A stretch of 63,370 bases of DNA, the filler included, from Choristocarpus tenellus KU-1152 (Eukaryota; Protista; Phaeophyceae): NCBI GenBank assembly GCA_964200185.2. It is 12 parts of 12 records of this genome, joined end to end, with 100 filler letters (N's around TTAATTAATTAA, not from the genome) between each part and the next. Parts side by side here need not be neighbours in the genome. Positions count along the whole stretch, not along the records: positions 60,679 to 63,370 come from CAXNAD020025610.1; 11 more parts are not named here. One strand, 5' to 3'. Every line of letters begins with the position of its first letter. Position 1 is the first letter of the stretch. The position numbers and the translations under genes are program-made. This document shows, one piece after another, positions 62,084 to 63,370 of this stretch. The notes beneath the pieces are model-generated. The model saw only the letters and a list, made by a program, of their open reading frames with translations, had not been told where the DNA came from and searched no databases.

Positions 62084-63370
62084 ATGCCTGTTGCAGAGTT
62101 TCTGTTAGCACACGCACAAGTGACTCACACAGCAACATGGACCACGACGGTGAGAAAAGGAGAGCCGCCAAGGCCACTCTGCCCTCTGGATCTACCCTTG
62201 GCACCTTCTCTGTCGAGAGGCGAAAAAAACAAATACTGTGTGACACTCAGTGCGATGTTAGGTGGCGAGAAAGTGCATGTACTGTGGCGCAGCAGCATGA
62301 TCAAATCGCACAATGGACCATGGAACCGCAACATTGACACTGAGAGAAGATGCATTGAAAGCACTACCACACAAACATGGTTGGGTCTTCAACTATGTGG
62401 AGCACTGCTCCGCAATCTCTGCCGCCTCGGGAGAGCAGGGAGGAGAGAGTGGCGAGTCCATCACCAGGTGGTACAGGGACGAAGTCTGTGGGGAAGCCTG
62501 GTCACGGCGGGCGAAGGGAGAACCAGGGTGGCCGCAGGAAGGGAAGGTTGGAGAGGAGAGAGGTGTGACTGCGTGCCATTGCGCTCAGGAAACGCCTAAG
62601 TGAAAACCCGGGTGTAGAATATCTTAGTAGTCGACAGTTGCAGCAGGTCCTGACTGTATGGAAGCTCTGCGAGCCGGAGTGGCTTAAGGAAACGAGAAAG
62701 AAGGTGTTAGGGTTGCGCTACAAGGGATTTGAAGTCCGAAAGAAGGCCGAGATGGCTTGCAAGGTGGAGGAGAAAGTGATTGTAACACTTGCAGCCGTGG
62801 AGACGTTTTGCTACCACCAAATCGTTTACTTCGAAGATGTCACGAAGCAGGTGGAGGTAGCCATCGACAAGGACACCAGGGAAGAAGAGGAGGTGAGATT
62901 TGAGACTATTTGCATACTGATGGTATGGTGTGAAAGGTATTGCAAGATGCCATACATTCCCGTTTGTTCCTGGAGTTAGGGTCAGACGTATAGGGTTGAT
63001 TATGCCATATTCCCCATCCTGCATTCATTTGAGAAATTCAACACAATTTTCGATGAACTCAAGCCAGTTCCCCCTCACCCTTGCGCCTTGATGATAGAGT
63101 ATCACTCGTCCAGGAAATATGGACGACGCCCATTTCCGGTGCTCAAGGTGATAGTAACGGCTCTAACACTGCGAATCCTGTACGTGTGTATGAATGACGG
63201 GAAAGACCATAAAATGGCGCTCGAGATGGCAGCAGGATACATGACGATCACAGCGCAAACTGTGAGTAAATGGGAGAGAGACTTCCTAACTAAGGACCAC
63301 ATCAAGGTGTTGGAGCAAGGGCGCTATGAGAGGCATTTCGTTCTGGGCCTTGACGAGGACATCCTTGCTG
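62084..63370 (+). mobile_element. Decayed DNA-transposon coding region (Zn-finger-like segment + IS630/Tc1-mariner-like transposase N-terminal HTH), truncated by the window end
   Basis: Open frame 63115-63369 ALEMAAGYMTITAQTVSKWERDFLTKDHIKVLEQGRYERHFVLGLDEDIL resembles the HTH region of eukaryotic IS630-like transposases. Upstream frames are broken; no catalytic DDE is in the window. Confidence 0.4.

Overview
Eukaryotic draft-assembly DNA, not one contiguous locus: 12 contigs are joined by 100-nt N44-TTAATTAATTAA-N44 linkers (7868-7967, 12240-12339, 19037-19136, 24029-24128, 26642-26741, 35107-35206, 40810-40909, 48107-48206, 53313-53412, 56276-56375, 60579-60678). Adjacency across linkers means nothing. 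Spliceosomal introns, signal+transit presequences, an MGDG synthase and TTAGGG-type interstitial repeats suggest a photosynthetic stramenopile, probably a brown alga (inference). Recognisable genes, with exons joined by eye using splice phase: MGDG synthase (5' part), a MAP kinase kinase head-to-head with an ankyrin+TPR gene, a secreted kelch-like protein, a putatively plastid-targeted multi-pass membrane protein with His/Glu motifs, and a type II membrane protein with GT-like domain + two Cys-rich modules + second GT-like domain. Several spliced genes have no assignable function. Repeats: a decayed Ty3/Gypsy pol, three MITE families sharing one terminal-inverted-repeat core with 3-bp or 4-bp target duplications, a dispersed LINE-like 3' hairpin, a transposase-like relic, minisatellites, and Illumina adapter artefacts. 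No CRISPR, rRNA or intact tRNA gene is seen. The best novelty candidates are the GT/Cys-rich/GT protein, the shared-TIR MITE system, the His/Glu membrane protein and recurrent GC-AG introns. No database searches were possible, so all novelty claims need checking.
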